A stretch of 64,000 nucleotides of DNA from Verrucomicrobiaceae bacterium. Lineage in GTDB: Bacteria; Verrucomicrobiota; Verrucomicrobiia; Verrucomicrobiales; Akkermansiaceae. The notes beneath the pieces were generated by a model. It saw only the letters and a program-made list of their open reading frames with translations. It was not told the origin of the DNA and ran no database searches. A program made the position numbers and the translations under genes. This document shows, one piece after another, positions 51,038-60,347 of this stretch. The DNA lies in NCBI GenBank assembly GCA_051252135.1, contig JBPOGH010000001.1, positions 256,001 through 320,000 on the forward strand. The letters run 5' to 3'. Each line of letters begins with the position of its first letter. Positions within the stretch are counted from its first letter, which is position 1.

Positions 51038-52218
51038 CCATTCTTTCTCCAGGGAAGACGACCGCGGGCAAAGGGCTTCTCGACTATCAAAAATAGAGCA
51101 GCGCAAAGGATGATTGCCATCGCTGCCATGACGACGATCAGGAAAGCATTCATCGGCCAATTACCCGGAGTCACGGGAATAACACTTCCGAAGAAGAAGG
51201 GTCGCAGCACTCCGTAGAGCATGAGGTTGTGAAAAAGGTAGATGGTGTAACACATCGCTCCAATCGCTGTAATCCAGCGCACCCTGAACAATTTAAGCAA
51301 TCTCCCTCCGCAAAGAACGGCAAGAAAGCCAAACAACAAGGCGAAGGGCTTCAAGTTTACCGGCGTGTGCCATTCAATGAGTAAGAATGTGACCGGCCAA
51401 ATCAGAAGACCCACACAATCCCAAGCTCCGGCATAGCCTTTCAAACGCTCAAACGACGGCGAAAGAAAAATATCAGCAAGGAGTATTCCGATCAAAAAGT
51501 AGCCCAACTGCCCAATGAGACTGTGCCCCCAGATCAATGAGGGGTGCCAGCTATGCAGCCCCTCCGTGACCACCTCTGCCAGCAGCACCCCGGCTAGTAA
51601 GATTCCCCTGCGAAACAGGACTTGCTTCACTTTAAATATCCGGCAGAGAAACGGGGCCATTAAATAGAATTGCACTTCAATCTCGAGTGTCCAGGACACA
51701 CTCAGAAGCGGATTGAGCGACCCATCGTTCAGTAGGGTGTAGCTGTAGATTAGCCCCGAAAGATAAGGCGGAAGTGTATCCCCAAGGCTTTGGCGATGCC
51801 AAATGATTGCCGTGGCAAAAAAGAATGTCAGCGTAATTAGGTAGGGCAATTCAATCCTCACCAGCCTCCGTTTAAAATACTGCTTAAGCTCGGGCTTCCG
51901 GTTCCCCTCTAGATAATGCGAGGCAAAAGGCAGAGCCAAAACCATCCCTGATATCACAAAGAATATTTGCACCCCGAACCATCCCTTCGCGATAAAGAAA
52001 TTCGGTATGTGGGTCCAGATGGTCTGCCAGTCCTTCTCCCAAAGTTGCGTGGCATCCACCGGTTCCGATCCATCGCGGAAAAAGAGATGGGAATGAAACA
52101 GGACAACCAGGACAATTGCAACAAAGCGCAAACCGTCAATCTCGGGGATATACCTGCCGGAAGATGGCTTCCGCTCAAACGGAGCCAGAATGCGATCATA
52201 AATCCGGTCCCACTTCAT
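51034..52218 (-). CDS. Acyltransferase-3 family membrane protein (no SGNH domain)
   Basis: YIPEIDGLRFVAI, GVQIFFVISG, WTLEIEVQFY, YTIYLFH, VEKP. Confidence 0.92.
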   Translation of the reverse strand: MKWDRIYDRILAPFERKPSSGRYIPEIDGLRFVAIVLVVLFHSHLFFRDGSEPVDATQLWEKDWQTIWTHIPNFFIAKGWFGVQIFFVISGMVLALPFASHYLEGNRKPELKQYFKRRLVRIELPYLITLTFFFATAIIWHRQSLGDTLPPYLSGLIYSYTLLNDGSLNPLLSVSWTLEIEVQFYLMAPFLCRIFKVKQVLFRRGILLAGVLLAEVVTEGLHSWHPSLIWGHSLIGQLGYFLIGILLADIFLSPSFERLKGYAGAWDCVGLLIWPVTFLLIEWHTPVNLKPFALLFGFLAVLCGGRLLKLFRVRWITAIGAMCYTIYLFHNLMLYGVLRPFFFGSVIPVTPGNWPMNAFLIVVMAAMAIILCAALFLIVEKPFARGRLPWRKNG

Positions 52219-52280
52219 TTGCTGAAGCGGATCTAGTGGGAAGTCCTTCGACCTCCCACTAAAAAATGTCGGTTACAGGA

Positions 52281-53489
52281 TCAACCCTTGGCCATTGCCG
52301 CGATCACGTAGCTCGACGGACGAAAGTCCTCAATGATCTTTTCCGTGCGGTCGCCCCAGATCATTCTCACTTCTTTCACGTTAAAATTCGGGGTCTTGTG
52401 AGGCGCGAAGAGAATGTCGTCGTGCGTGCTGTTCTCATGAATTTTAAACATTTCGGGAACAATATCCCCTCCAAGATGATCATCCCTACCGGTAGCCAAA
52501 TGGCAGGTCCCCAGCACCTTTTCATCCTGAATATCTTGGTAGGAAACCGGCAGAACTTGTGTCCCGAATCCCAGTTCACCAAGCGTCCCCGTCATCGGAT
52601 CATCGGCAAGGCGGGCGTTGTGCGCGTCAATGGTGGCCTGATCTCCCTCAATCAGCGTAGAACGAACAACATCACGATTCTCCACATCAAGAACTCCCAA
52701 GGTCCCGTCGTCATATTTCATCGGGAACTTCCCGCGAGCATCCTGAGGAACAAAGTAGACCTCCCCCGCCGGAAGATTGGCAATATCCGGCGTGGTTCCC
52801 TGGCAGAGGCCATGTGACTTTTGGGCTGCCTGCCCGTTCAGTCCCAACCACGCAGTCAGGATCGTCCCGTCCTCGAGTTCGAAATCAATCTCGACTTCAT
52901 CCGCCTTATCAAGCGCCTTGCGCATTTTCTCGGCATCAGCGGAAACCTCTTCGTAATTCACGGCGAGTCCGGAATTCAGAATGATCTCGTTCATCCCGTG
53001 CATGGTTGCACCGCGAAAGTTGAATTCCTTGCATTTCGCAGTGAGAGGAGCCGTCGCTGAAAATGTCGAAATACAGAGGATGATGTCGTAGTTCGGATAA
53101 ATATCCTGATCGAGCGAGAGCATATTTCCTTCCGCATCATAAACTTCATCCTTTAAATCCAAGTTTGACCCGTTGGTGCAGCGGTAGGCATACATCTCCC
53201 CCCCACTCATCCCGAGTTCATCCATCACTCCGCCCTTCAACCCCTCGAAAAAGTATTCGTAGGCTTTATTTTGAACCGGGAAGCGATCATCATTGAGGAA
53301 ACCGTAGCCCTTCATTAACAATCCCGGGTCTTCGAAATCAGTAAGGATACAGACCTTACAACCCTGGGTAGGCTTAAACACGGTCTCAAGAAGACGCTTG
53401 AGATCGAAGTCGGGAAACTCCCGTCTATCCGGGTTGAGGAGGATTTCTTCGGTGAGATAGTCGGGCAGATCGGGCGCGAGAGTGCTCAT
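52281..53489 (-). CDS. M29 / aminopeptidase T-like metalloprotein
   Basis: NLPAGEVY, GELGFG, QDEKVLGTCHLATG, STHDD metal-site motifs. Confidence 0.7.
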   Translation of the reverse strand: MSTLAPDLPDYLTEEILLNPDRREFPDFDLKRLLETVFKPTQGCKVCILTDFEDPGLLMKGYGFLNDDRFPVQNKAYEYFFEGLKGGVMDELGMSGGEMYAYRCTNGSNLDLKDEVYDAEGNMLSLDQDIYPNYDIILCISTFSATAPLTAKCKEFNFRGATMHGMNEIILNSGLAVNYEEVSADAEKMRKALDKADEVEIDFELEDGTILTAWLGLNGQAAQKSHGLCQGTTPDIANLPAGEVYFVPQDARGKFPMKYDDGTLGVLDVENRDVVRSTLIEGDQATIDAHNARLADDPMTGTLGELGFGTQVLPVSYQDIQDEKVLGTCHLATGRDDHLGGDIVPEMFKIHENSTHDDILFAPHKTPNFNVKEVRMIWGDRTEKIIEDFRPSSYVIAAMAKG

Positions 53490-53540
53490 GAGTGATCGAA
53501 AATACCTTTCATTGGCCTCCCCGCAACCAATTCTTTGGGA

Positions 53541-54014
53541 TCAATCGTCTCCGATTCCATATCCACCCTGCACACCGCTTTGCGAACGCAGGTCTTCCAG
53601 AGTCTGACTCACATCCTCCAGACCTTCCCACACGCCGCTTGCCACAAAGATCGGAGCCCCCTTCCTCACCGCCATCGCGATGCAATCACTCGGACGTGCG
53701 TCAAGCTCCACAATTTTCCGCTCCATGATTTCATTCTCAGCCTTTATGAATAGCCGGGAGTAGAAAACCTCACCCTCGACATTTACAATCGTCGTGTGGA
53801 GCACCTCGGCACCAAAAGCATCGAGAGTCTGGGTGAACAAATCATGGGTCAAGGGTCGCGGAGGTTCGGCTCCCGCCAAAATTGCATTGATCGACGCGCC
53901 GATTGAGGGGTCAATGTAAAATACGATCGCCTTCGAACCGTCTCCCAAAAATACCGCACATCCGGCTTGGGTGGGTAGCAGGGCAATCGGCTCAACTCGG
54001 ACTAAGTCACTCAT
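53541..54014 (-). CDS. Bifunctional nuclease family protein (BFN/DUF151)
   Basis: PPRPLTHDLF, EVFYSRL, LDARPSDCIAMAVR..APIFV. Confidence 0.92.
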   Translation of the reverse strand: MSDLVRVEPIALLPTQAGCAVFLGDGSKAIVFYIDPSIGASINAILAGAEPPRPLTHDLFTQTLDAFGAEVLHTTIVNVEGEVFYSRLFIKAENEIMERKIVELDARPSDCIAMAVRKGAPIFVASGVWEGLEDVSQTLEDLRSQSGVQGGYGIGDD

Positions 54015-54063
54015 TGCATGGAATCTTCAAAAAGCTGAGGGGAAATTGCGAGCGTAGAAGCAT

Positions 54064-54579
54064 TTAAAAATCCCTCTCCATAAACAGCTTTGCATTGCGG
54101 ACATACTTCTCCGCCCAACCCTTGATCTTCCCTTGCTCCCTCAGATCCAACGTTTTCACTACCTTGGCCGGGCTTCCCAGCACCAGTGAACCCGGGGGGA
54201 TGACTGTTCCCCCGGTCACCAGCGCATTGGCACCAATGATCGAGCGCTCCCCAATCACCGCTCCGTCGAGAACACAGGCCCCCATTCCCACCAACACCTC
54301 ATCCTTGATCGTGCAAGCGTGAATAATCGCGCTATGCCCAACGGTCACCAACTCGCCGACGTAGCAGCCGTAGTCGTCTGCCAGATGAACCACCGCGTTG
54401 TCTTGAATGTTGCTCTGCGGACCGATCTCGATTTCGTTGATATCCCCCCGCAGAGTGGCGTTATACCAAACGCTGGCCTGGTCCGCCAAGGTCACCCTGC
54501 CGATCAGATCCGCGCTGGCTGCCACAAAATTCGTTTCATCCAACTTGGGCCACACTCCCCCGAATGGTTCAATTGCCAT
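54064..54579 (-). CDS. Gamma carbonic anhydrase family protein (hexapeptide repeats)
   Basis: LRGDIN, SNIQDNAVVH, TVGHSAIIHAC, GSPAKVVK. Confidence 0.93.
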   Translation of the reverse strand: MAIEPFGGVWPKLDETNFVAASADLIGRVTLADQASVWYNATLRGDINEIEIGPQSNIQDNAVVHLADDYGCYVGELVTVGHSAIIHACTIKDEVLVGMGACVLDGAVIGERSIIGANALVTGGTVIPPGSLVLGSPAKVVKTLDLREQGKIKGWAEKYVRNAKLFMERDF

Positions 54580-54686
54580 GACCCGAAGTTAGGCAATTTG
54601 CCCTCCGCTTCAACAAACAACTGGAAATCCCACCAGATCGGCAGCAAGTTAAACCATCCCCGCTGCCGAGCGGATCGAATCACCAG

Positions 54687-55505
54687 ATGCGAGAATTCCT
54701 GATCGTCCTAGCCTGTGTCATCGTAGGGATCGCGCTGCGCTCCTGTCGCACGCTTCTTCTCCGAAAGCTCGGCGCTCTTGTCTTCTTGATTGCCACCGCC
54801 TTGGCCTTCTCATTCATTTGCGGATGTTGGTGGTCGGGAATCATCGGAATCGGGCTATGGTTTCTATTTCCGTGGTTCGACATTCTCACGCGAATCCGGC
54901 AACTCCGCCTCCCTCTCAATAACCGGTTAAGCTACAAAACACCGCCTTCGGAGGATTACTTCCCCAATGCCTCCCGCATGATCAGCGAAATCGAGGAAGC
55001 AGGATTTGAGCATGTCATCGATAGCGGGTGGAACTGGGCCGGGATGCAGCAGTATTTCCGGATCTACTGGAATCCCGAGCTCAAGGCGGTTGCCTCAGTC
55101 TGTCTTTGTGAACACGAAAGTGTAGCCTTTGCGTTCGCTACAATTTCCGCCCATTCCGACGAAGGCCTTGCCATCCACACCACCAACTATCCCTTTTCTC
55201 CTACCCTGAAGCACCCTCCCAATTCACGATGGGATCATCTTCCATGCGAAAAAAACCGCTTTCCCATGGTTTTCCATGATCATGAAAAGCACCTGGCACG
55301 TCTCAAAATCGGGCCCGACTGCTTACTGATGCCGGATCCCGATGAGGTCGTCTCCCGGATCGAGAATGAAATGCGGAATCAGATCGATCATAATGTCGAT
55401 CGCGGGCTCATCACCCTCACCGGGGACGGACATTTCCGATATTCCGTGCGGGGACTTTTTTTTCTTTGGAAACAATCCGTGAAGGACATGATTCGGCTTT
55501 GTTAA
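54687..55505 (+). CDS. Hypothetical membrane protein (3 N-terminal TMs plus a soluble domain)
   Basis: Hydrophobic N-terminus, coding-like composition, 4 nt upstream of the HD-domain gene. Confidence 0.75.
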   Translation: MREFLIVLACVIVGIALRSCRTLLLRKLGALVFLIATALAFSFICGCWWSGIIGIGLWFLFPWFDILTRIRQLRLPLNNRLSYKTPPSEDYFPNASRMISEIEEAGFEHVIDSGWNWAGMQQYFRIYWNPELKAVASVCLCEHESVAFAFATISAHSDEGLAIHTTNYPFSPTLKHPPNSRWDHLPCEKNRFPMVFHDHEKHLARLKIGPDCLLMPDPDEVVSRIENEMRNQIDHNVDRGLITLTGDGHFRYSVRGLFFLWKQSVKDMIRLC

Positions 55506-55509
55506 GCCC

Positions 55510-56574
55510 ATGACCGTAAGCGATCTCCTTCAGAACACCAGTGAAGCCCCACTTGAAGCCGGGTTTTCGGCTCAGCTTCAATCCGTCCGTGAACGGGAAA
55601 CCAAAGGCGGCAAGCCCTACCGGCAATGGACTCTGGCTGATGCCACCGGGGCCTTCACCATCAACCTTTGGAGCAACCACCCCCAGTGGGATGCGGCTCT
55701 TGAAATTGATTCCGACGCATTCCTCCATCTCACCGGAGATTGGACCAAGAACCAGTATGGCATCGATGGCAAGGGGTGGAAATTTCGCTTTCTCAACAAG
55801 GATGAAATTGAAGATTTCCTCAGCGGTGACCCGGTAACGCGCGCAAAGCAGAATCATGATTGGGAGACCATTCTGAGTGCCTTGGCCGATATTGCAGACC
55901 CCCGTCTCAAGGCCCTTTGCAACGAGTTTATTGGGCAGTTTGGCGACCGCTTCCGCCGAACCGCCGCCGCCAAAAAAAATCACCATGCCCGCCGTGGAGG
56001 TCTGGTCGAGCACGTCGCACAAATGATGCGATCCGCTCTTGCGCTCCATCCGGTCTATCCGGAGTTGAATCGCGATCTACTTGTCGCCGGCATCCTCTTC
56101 CATGACTGCGGAAAGCTTTGGGAAAACACCTATCCTGAAACCGGCTTCAATCAGATTCAAACGCTTCATGGTGAAATGATGGGCCACATCCCCCTTGGAC
56201 TTGAACTCGTGAACAAATTTTGGCGGGAGCTCCCTTTGGAAAGCTGGCGGGAAATGGAACCGGCCTCTGAAGATGTCCGGCTTCACCTCCTTCACCTCGT
56301 CGCCTCCCACCACGGCACCCATGAGTTCGGCTCGCCCACCTTGCCAAAAACACCGGAAGCACACACTCTCCACTACATCGATAACCTCGATGCCAAAATG
56401 GAAATGGTCCGCGACGCGTATCTAAATGGCAACGAATCCTCCCCCGGAATCTACGAACGCCAGTTCCCCCTTCCCGCCGGGCTCATCAAGCCCCTTCCTT
56501 CAATCCCTTCGGATGACGCCGTCCCGGCCGAAGAATCCCCTCCGGAAGTAAGCAACGAACTATTTGGCCAATAG
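55510..56574 (+). CDS. yhaM: 3'-5' exoribonuclease YhaM-like (OB + HD domain)
   Basis: RETKGGKPY...LADATG OB fold, AAKKNHHARRGGLVEH, LFHDCGK, GHI, SHHG, DNLDAK. Confidence 0.85.
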   Translation: MTVSDLLQNTSEAPLEAGFSAQLQSVRERETKGGKPYRQWTLADATGAFTINLWSNHPQWDAALEIDSDAFLHLTGDWTKNQYGIDGKGWKFRFLNKDEIEDFLSGDPVTRAKQNHDWETILSALADIADPRLKALCNEFIGQFGDRFRRTAAAKKNHHARRGGLVEHVAQMMRSALALHPVYPELNRDLLVAGILFHDCGKLWENTYPETGFNQIQTLHGEMMGHIPLGLELVNKFWRELPLESWREMEPASEDVRLHLLHLVASHHGTHEFGSPTLPKTPEAHTLHYIDNLDAKMEMVRDAYLNGNESSPGIYERQFPLPAGLIKPLPSIPSDDAVPAEESPPEVSNELFGQ

Positions 56575-56580
56575 GTTTCT

Positions 56581-57651
56581 CTACTGGTCCGCATGGGCAT
56601 CGCGGAAGGCGGGGCGCTCGATATTCGGAAGGACGTTTTCGGCACTCCTCGTGATCCTCTCCTCCGCAGCCTCGGGATCAGCCTTGGTGGTTCCGATATG
56701 AAAGAGCGCGTCACCTTCATCCACGAGACTGGCCGTTGTCCGGCCAATGATAATCCCTTCCCGATCCGATATCACCTCGGTTTCCTGTCGCCCCATCGGA
56801 TCGCCGATCACCCCCACGATCTGGCCATCCTCAACAGCTTTTCCAAGTGGCACCAACGCCCGGAAAAGTCCACCGGCCGACGCGCGAAGCCAGTGACTCT
56901 TTGTGCAATAGGCTGACGGATGATTCACATCCTTCTTGCGGGTGGGAAGCATTTCCAGCCTGCGCAATACGCGCATCACCCCTCTGAGACCAAAAGTAAC
57001 CGCCGGAATATCCAATCGTAACGCTTCCCCGGCCTCAAAAAGAACATAAGGAATACCCATCGCCTCGGCCGCACTGCGGAAGGAGCCTTCCCGATTCCCC
57101 GCCCGCAGCATCACCGGGGCCCCAAACGCTTTTGCCATTTCACGGGAGCCATGAACCCGATCCGCCATCCGGGTTTGTGGTAGATTTATTCGCCCGGTCG
57201 CCGCCGTGTGCAGATCGACACCATGACTGCACTGCGCCACCACTTCATCAATCAGGGTCTTCGCAATTCGAGCCCCGAAACTTCCATCCGCATTACCCGG
57301 AAAAAGCCGGTTCAAATCCCGTCGATCAGGCAAATAGCGTGAGCGCAAAAGAAATGCTGCGACGTTGACGATCGGAATCACCAACAAATCACCCCGCAGC
57401 CCCCGCAGCGGCTGTCGGAGGAGGCGGCGGGCAATCTCCACACCATTCAGCTCATCCCCATGAATTCCCGCCGTCACAAAGATCCGCGGCCCGGGCTTTT
57501 TGCCTCGAATCACATGCACTCGCATATCCAATTCCGCATGACTCACCAGACGCCCAACAGGCAAATCGACGATCCCCCGCTCCCCACGTTGAAATGACTT
57601 CCCCCCGATCTCCAGTAAGGCATCAGCTTCCATCGATGGAAGATTAGTCAT
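56581..57651 (-). CDS. Succinylglutamate desuccinylase/aspartoacylase family (M14-like) protein; start 57651 or 57633
   Basis: AGIHGDELNG, DLNRLFPG, VDLHT, LFEAGE, C-terminal biotinyl-like domain. Confidence 0.9.
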   Translation of the reverse strand: MTNLPSMEADALLEIGGKSFQRGERGIVDLPVGRLVSHAELDMRVHVIRGKKPGPRIFVTAGIHGDELNGVEIARRLLRQPLRGLRGDLLVIPIVNVAAFLLRSRYLPDRRDLNRLFPGNADGSFGARIAKTLIDEVVAQCSHGVDLHTAATGRINLPQTRMADRVHGSREMAKAFGAPVMLRAGNREGSFRSAAEAMGIPYVLFEAGEALRLDIPAVTFGLRGVMRVLRRLEMLPTRKKDVNHPSAYCTKSHWLRASAGGLFRALVPLGKAVEDGQIVGVIGDPMGRQETEVISDREGIIIGRTTASLVDEGDALFHIGTTKADPEAAEERITRSAENVLPNIERPAFRDAHADQ

Positions 57652-57716
57652 CTCCAATTTGATCCACAAGTAGTGATTCGATTGGTCAAAAGTTTGTTCA
57701 TCCCTATGGTTCTCCA

Positions 57717-58388
57717 ATGATTATTTGGCTCACCGGATGCACCAATGGTTTGGGTCGCGCACTTGTGCCCGAACTTGTTGATCGCGGACATATCATCGCC
57801 GGATGTGGGCGAAACGAACTCGAACTCCAACGTCTCAACGAGGAGTTCCCCGAATGCTTCTTTCAGGCTTGTGATGTCTCGGACGAAGGGAGTGTCGAAG
57901 ACTTCGTCAATGAGGCCCTCATTGCCACCGGAGAACCTGACTTCCTTATCAATAACGCCGCCGTCGTAAACAGTCCCGCACCACTCTGGGAAATCCCCGC
58001 TCACGAATTCGACCAACTCACGGCAATTAACATCAATGGGGTCGCCAACCTCATTAGACAGGTCGCACCGCTGATGATTGCCAATGATTCCGGAGTCATC
58101 GTCAACCTCTCCTCCGGATGGGGGCGCTCCACTTCTCCCGAAGTAGCGCCCTACTGCGCCTCAAAATGGGCCATTGAAGGGCTCACCCAGGCCCTTTCAC
58201 AGGAACTCCCCTCCGGTCTTGCCGCCGTAGCCCTCAATCCGGGGGTCATCAACACCGACATGCTCCGGAAATGCTGGGATGATGGCGCGCTTGATTTCCC
58301 TAATGCCGAACAATGGGCCATCACCGCAGCCCCATTCATTCTCGGCCTTTCCTCCAACGACAACGGGAAACAACTCACCGCACCATGA
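57717..58388 (+). CDS. SDR oxidoreductase resembling NADPH-dependent pterin aldehyde reductase
   Basis: TGCTNGLG, NNAA, SSGWGRS, APYCASKWAIEGL, ALNPGVINTDML; its stop overlaps the folP start (ATGA). Confidence 0.85.
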   Translation: MIIWLTGCTNGLGRALVPELVDRGHIIAGCGRNELELQRLNEEFPECFFQACDVSDEGSVEDFVNEALIATGEPDFLINNAAVVNSPAPLWEIPAHEFDQLTAININGVANLIRQVAPLMIANDSGVIVNLSSGWGRSTSPEVAPYCASKWAIEGLTQALSQELPSGLAAVALNPGVINTDMLRKCWDDGALDFPNAEQWAITAAPFILGLSSNDNGKQLTAP

Positions 58389-59257
58389 ATCTCCGCTGCC
58401 CCTCGTCTCTGATCGCCTTCCCGCGTCGCCCCCTCCTCATGGGAATCGTCAATATCAACGACGACTCCTTTTCCGGCGACGGCAGCCTCGATCCGGAAGT
58501 CGTCATCGCACAGGCAAAGCAGCTGATCGCCGACGGAGCTGACATCATCGACATCGGCGCTGAATCAGCCCGGACAAATCGCGAAGCAATCTCGGTCACC
58601 GAGGAGGTAGGTCGACTCCGTTCATTCATGGCGAATTGGGAGGAAATCCGCACCACTCCAACCAAGGATGAAGAGCAACTTTCCCCACCTCTCCTCTCCG
58701 TCAACACCTGGCGCCCGGAGGTGGTTGAGCAGATCCTCGGTAGTGGAGTCGATATTCTAAACGACATGTCGGCACTGCCGGACGATCAAAACGCCCGGCT
58801 ATGCGCAAAGCACAATATTCCCCTCCTGATCATGCACTCTGTCGGCGAACCAAAGGTCTCTCATACCCACCAACAGTGGCCGAATCTCATGGCCTCGATG
58901 ACTACCTTCTTCGAAGAAAAAATCGCCCTCGCGCTCTCCGCTGGATTGACAAAGGAACAAATCATCATTGATCCCGGTATCGATTTCGCGAAACAGAAAG
59001 AAGACAACCTCACCCTCCTTCGTGAGCTGGGTCAACTCCATCAATTCGGCTGCCCCATCCTCTTGCCCATTTCGCGCAAAACCGTCATCGGAGACGTCCT
59101 CGATCTTCCAGACCCTTCGGATCGGGATGCCGGCTCCATTGCTCTCTTGGCGCATGGCATGATCAAGGGCGCGCACATCTTCCGGGTTCACAACGTGAAG
59201 TCCTGCTGGCAATCGGCCAAAGTCCTTCACCCCCTCACTCAAGGCCTGCCCACATAG
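58385..59257 (+). CDS. folP: Dihydropteroate synthase
   Basis: MGIVNINDDSFSGDG, IDIGAESAR, IDPGIDFAK, ISRK, FRVHNV. Confidence 0.93.
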   Translation: MNLRCPSSLIAFPRRPLLMGIVNINDDSFSGDGSLDPEVVIAQAKQLIADGADIIDIGAESARTNREAISVTEEVGRLRSFMANWEEIRTTPTKDEEQLSPPLLSVNTWRPEVVEQILGSGVDILNDMSALPDDQNARLCAKHNIPLLIMHSVGEPKVSHTHQQWPNLMASMTTFFEEKIALALSAGLTKEQIIIDPGIDFAKQKEDNLTLLRELGQLHQFGCPILLPISRKTVIGDVLDLPDPSDRDAGSIALLAHGMIKGAHIFRVHNVKSCWQSAKVLHPLTQGLPT

Positions 59258-60219
59258 AGAATCCTCGAGCTCGTATCCAAAAGAATGTGCCCGCTGGTTA
59301 GAAAATCCATCCCCAGAATACCGTCCACCGGACGCCCCGAAGGGTCACGGAAAAATCTCCGGACCTCTGGCAAAGGCGCAATGGCCACATCAATCGTTCC
59401 CACATTGACGTTACCGAAACGGAGATTGCTCAGTTGCGCCCGGCGTAAGGCAATCCGATCCCCCGAAGCATCGATCATCCGCGAATTGGTCGCATGACTG
59501 GGTAATCCAAATCGGTGAAAGGCCTCTGCCGACATCACTGAAATCTCGGCCCCGGTATCAACCACCCAGCTCACGTGCCGTCCATCAAGCGTTCCGTGGA
59601 GCAACAGATGGGGCAGCGTCCCTGCAGTTCCCATCTTCAAGACCTTTTGCCCCAACCCCGGTTGCGCTCCCAGCGGTTGGACAGTTCCGGTGCGTGCCCG
59701 GTGGGAAGATCGTCCAGGCACCCAAAGCTTCCCTGATGGAATATCCACAAGCGACCCGGTGGCATCGAGAGCATCAAGCCCCACTTGTCCGGCATACGCA
59801 CTGGTAGAGGTTGGACCCTCGGCATTTGGCGCAATCGTAAACGGAAAATTCTTCGCCATCATCGGTCCCACCCGGAGAGTTCCCCTCCCAAGCCCGCTCC
59901 TGATCTCCCTCCCCAACGCCCCCCTTGTCACAACACGGGCAGTCCTGCTTCGAACCAACCCAATCCGGTTCGCGGAGGCCTCATCGACATCGGTACTATT
60001 TGCTCCCGAATCGATCAGAAAAGACAGAGGCTCACCGTTCACATAAAACGAAGCCGAATAACGGACATCACCCTTCACCTTTTTCAATGGTACGGCCACG
60101 TAGCCCAACTCTTTGAGTTTCGACTCCCTCCCCCCCGAAGAACCCGGGATACTACCACAATTGGCCAACATTAGGGAGCCAAGCACTGCGGCCACTCCGC
60201 GAATCATCCGTCCGGTCAT
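59239..60219 (-). CDS. Lipoprotein with two retropepsin-like aspartyl protease domains
   Basis: LANC lipobox; FLIDSGA...GQVGLDAL and WVVDTGA...DGILGMDFL. Confidence 0.85.
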   Translation of the reverse strand: MTGRMIRGVAAVLGSLMLANCGSIPGSSGGRESKLKELGYVAVPLKKVKGDVRYSASFYVNGEPLSFLIDSGANSTDVDEASANRIGLVRSRTARVVTRGALGREIRSGLGRGTLRVGPMMAKNFPFTIAPNAEGPTSTSAYAGQVGLDALDATGSLVDIPSGKLWVPGRSSHRARTGTVQPLGAQPGLGQKVLKMGTAGTLPHLLLHGTLDGRHVSWVVDTGAEISVMSAEAFHRFGLPSHATNSRMIDASGDRIALRRAQLSNLRFGNVNVGTIDVAIAPLPEVRRFFRDPSGRPVDGILGMDFLTSGHILLDTSSRILYVGRP

Positions 60220-60347
60220 CTTGCGGAGTAAGATAAGTCATTTTTCCCCGTGCGCAATCTCCGTTCGCAATCACGATTTCCTTCGGAGATTTTTTTTTCG
60301 TTTGAAATACCCAGCCCTACTCCTTAGCTGTCTGTCCGACAGATCTT

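Noticed and set aside
51034..52218. Acyltransferase as a horizontally acquired island
   Set aside because: It looks somewhat AT-richer, but there are no mobility genes, flanking repeats or tRNA, and a hydrophobic protein can explain the composition.
52235..52266. Hairpin between the M29-like gene and the acyltransferase as a terminator
   Set aside because: On the coding (minus) strand the T run precedes the stem instead of following it; function unclear.
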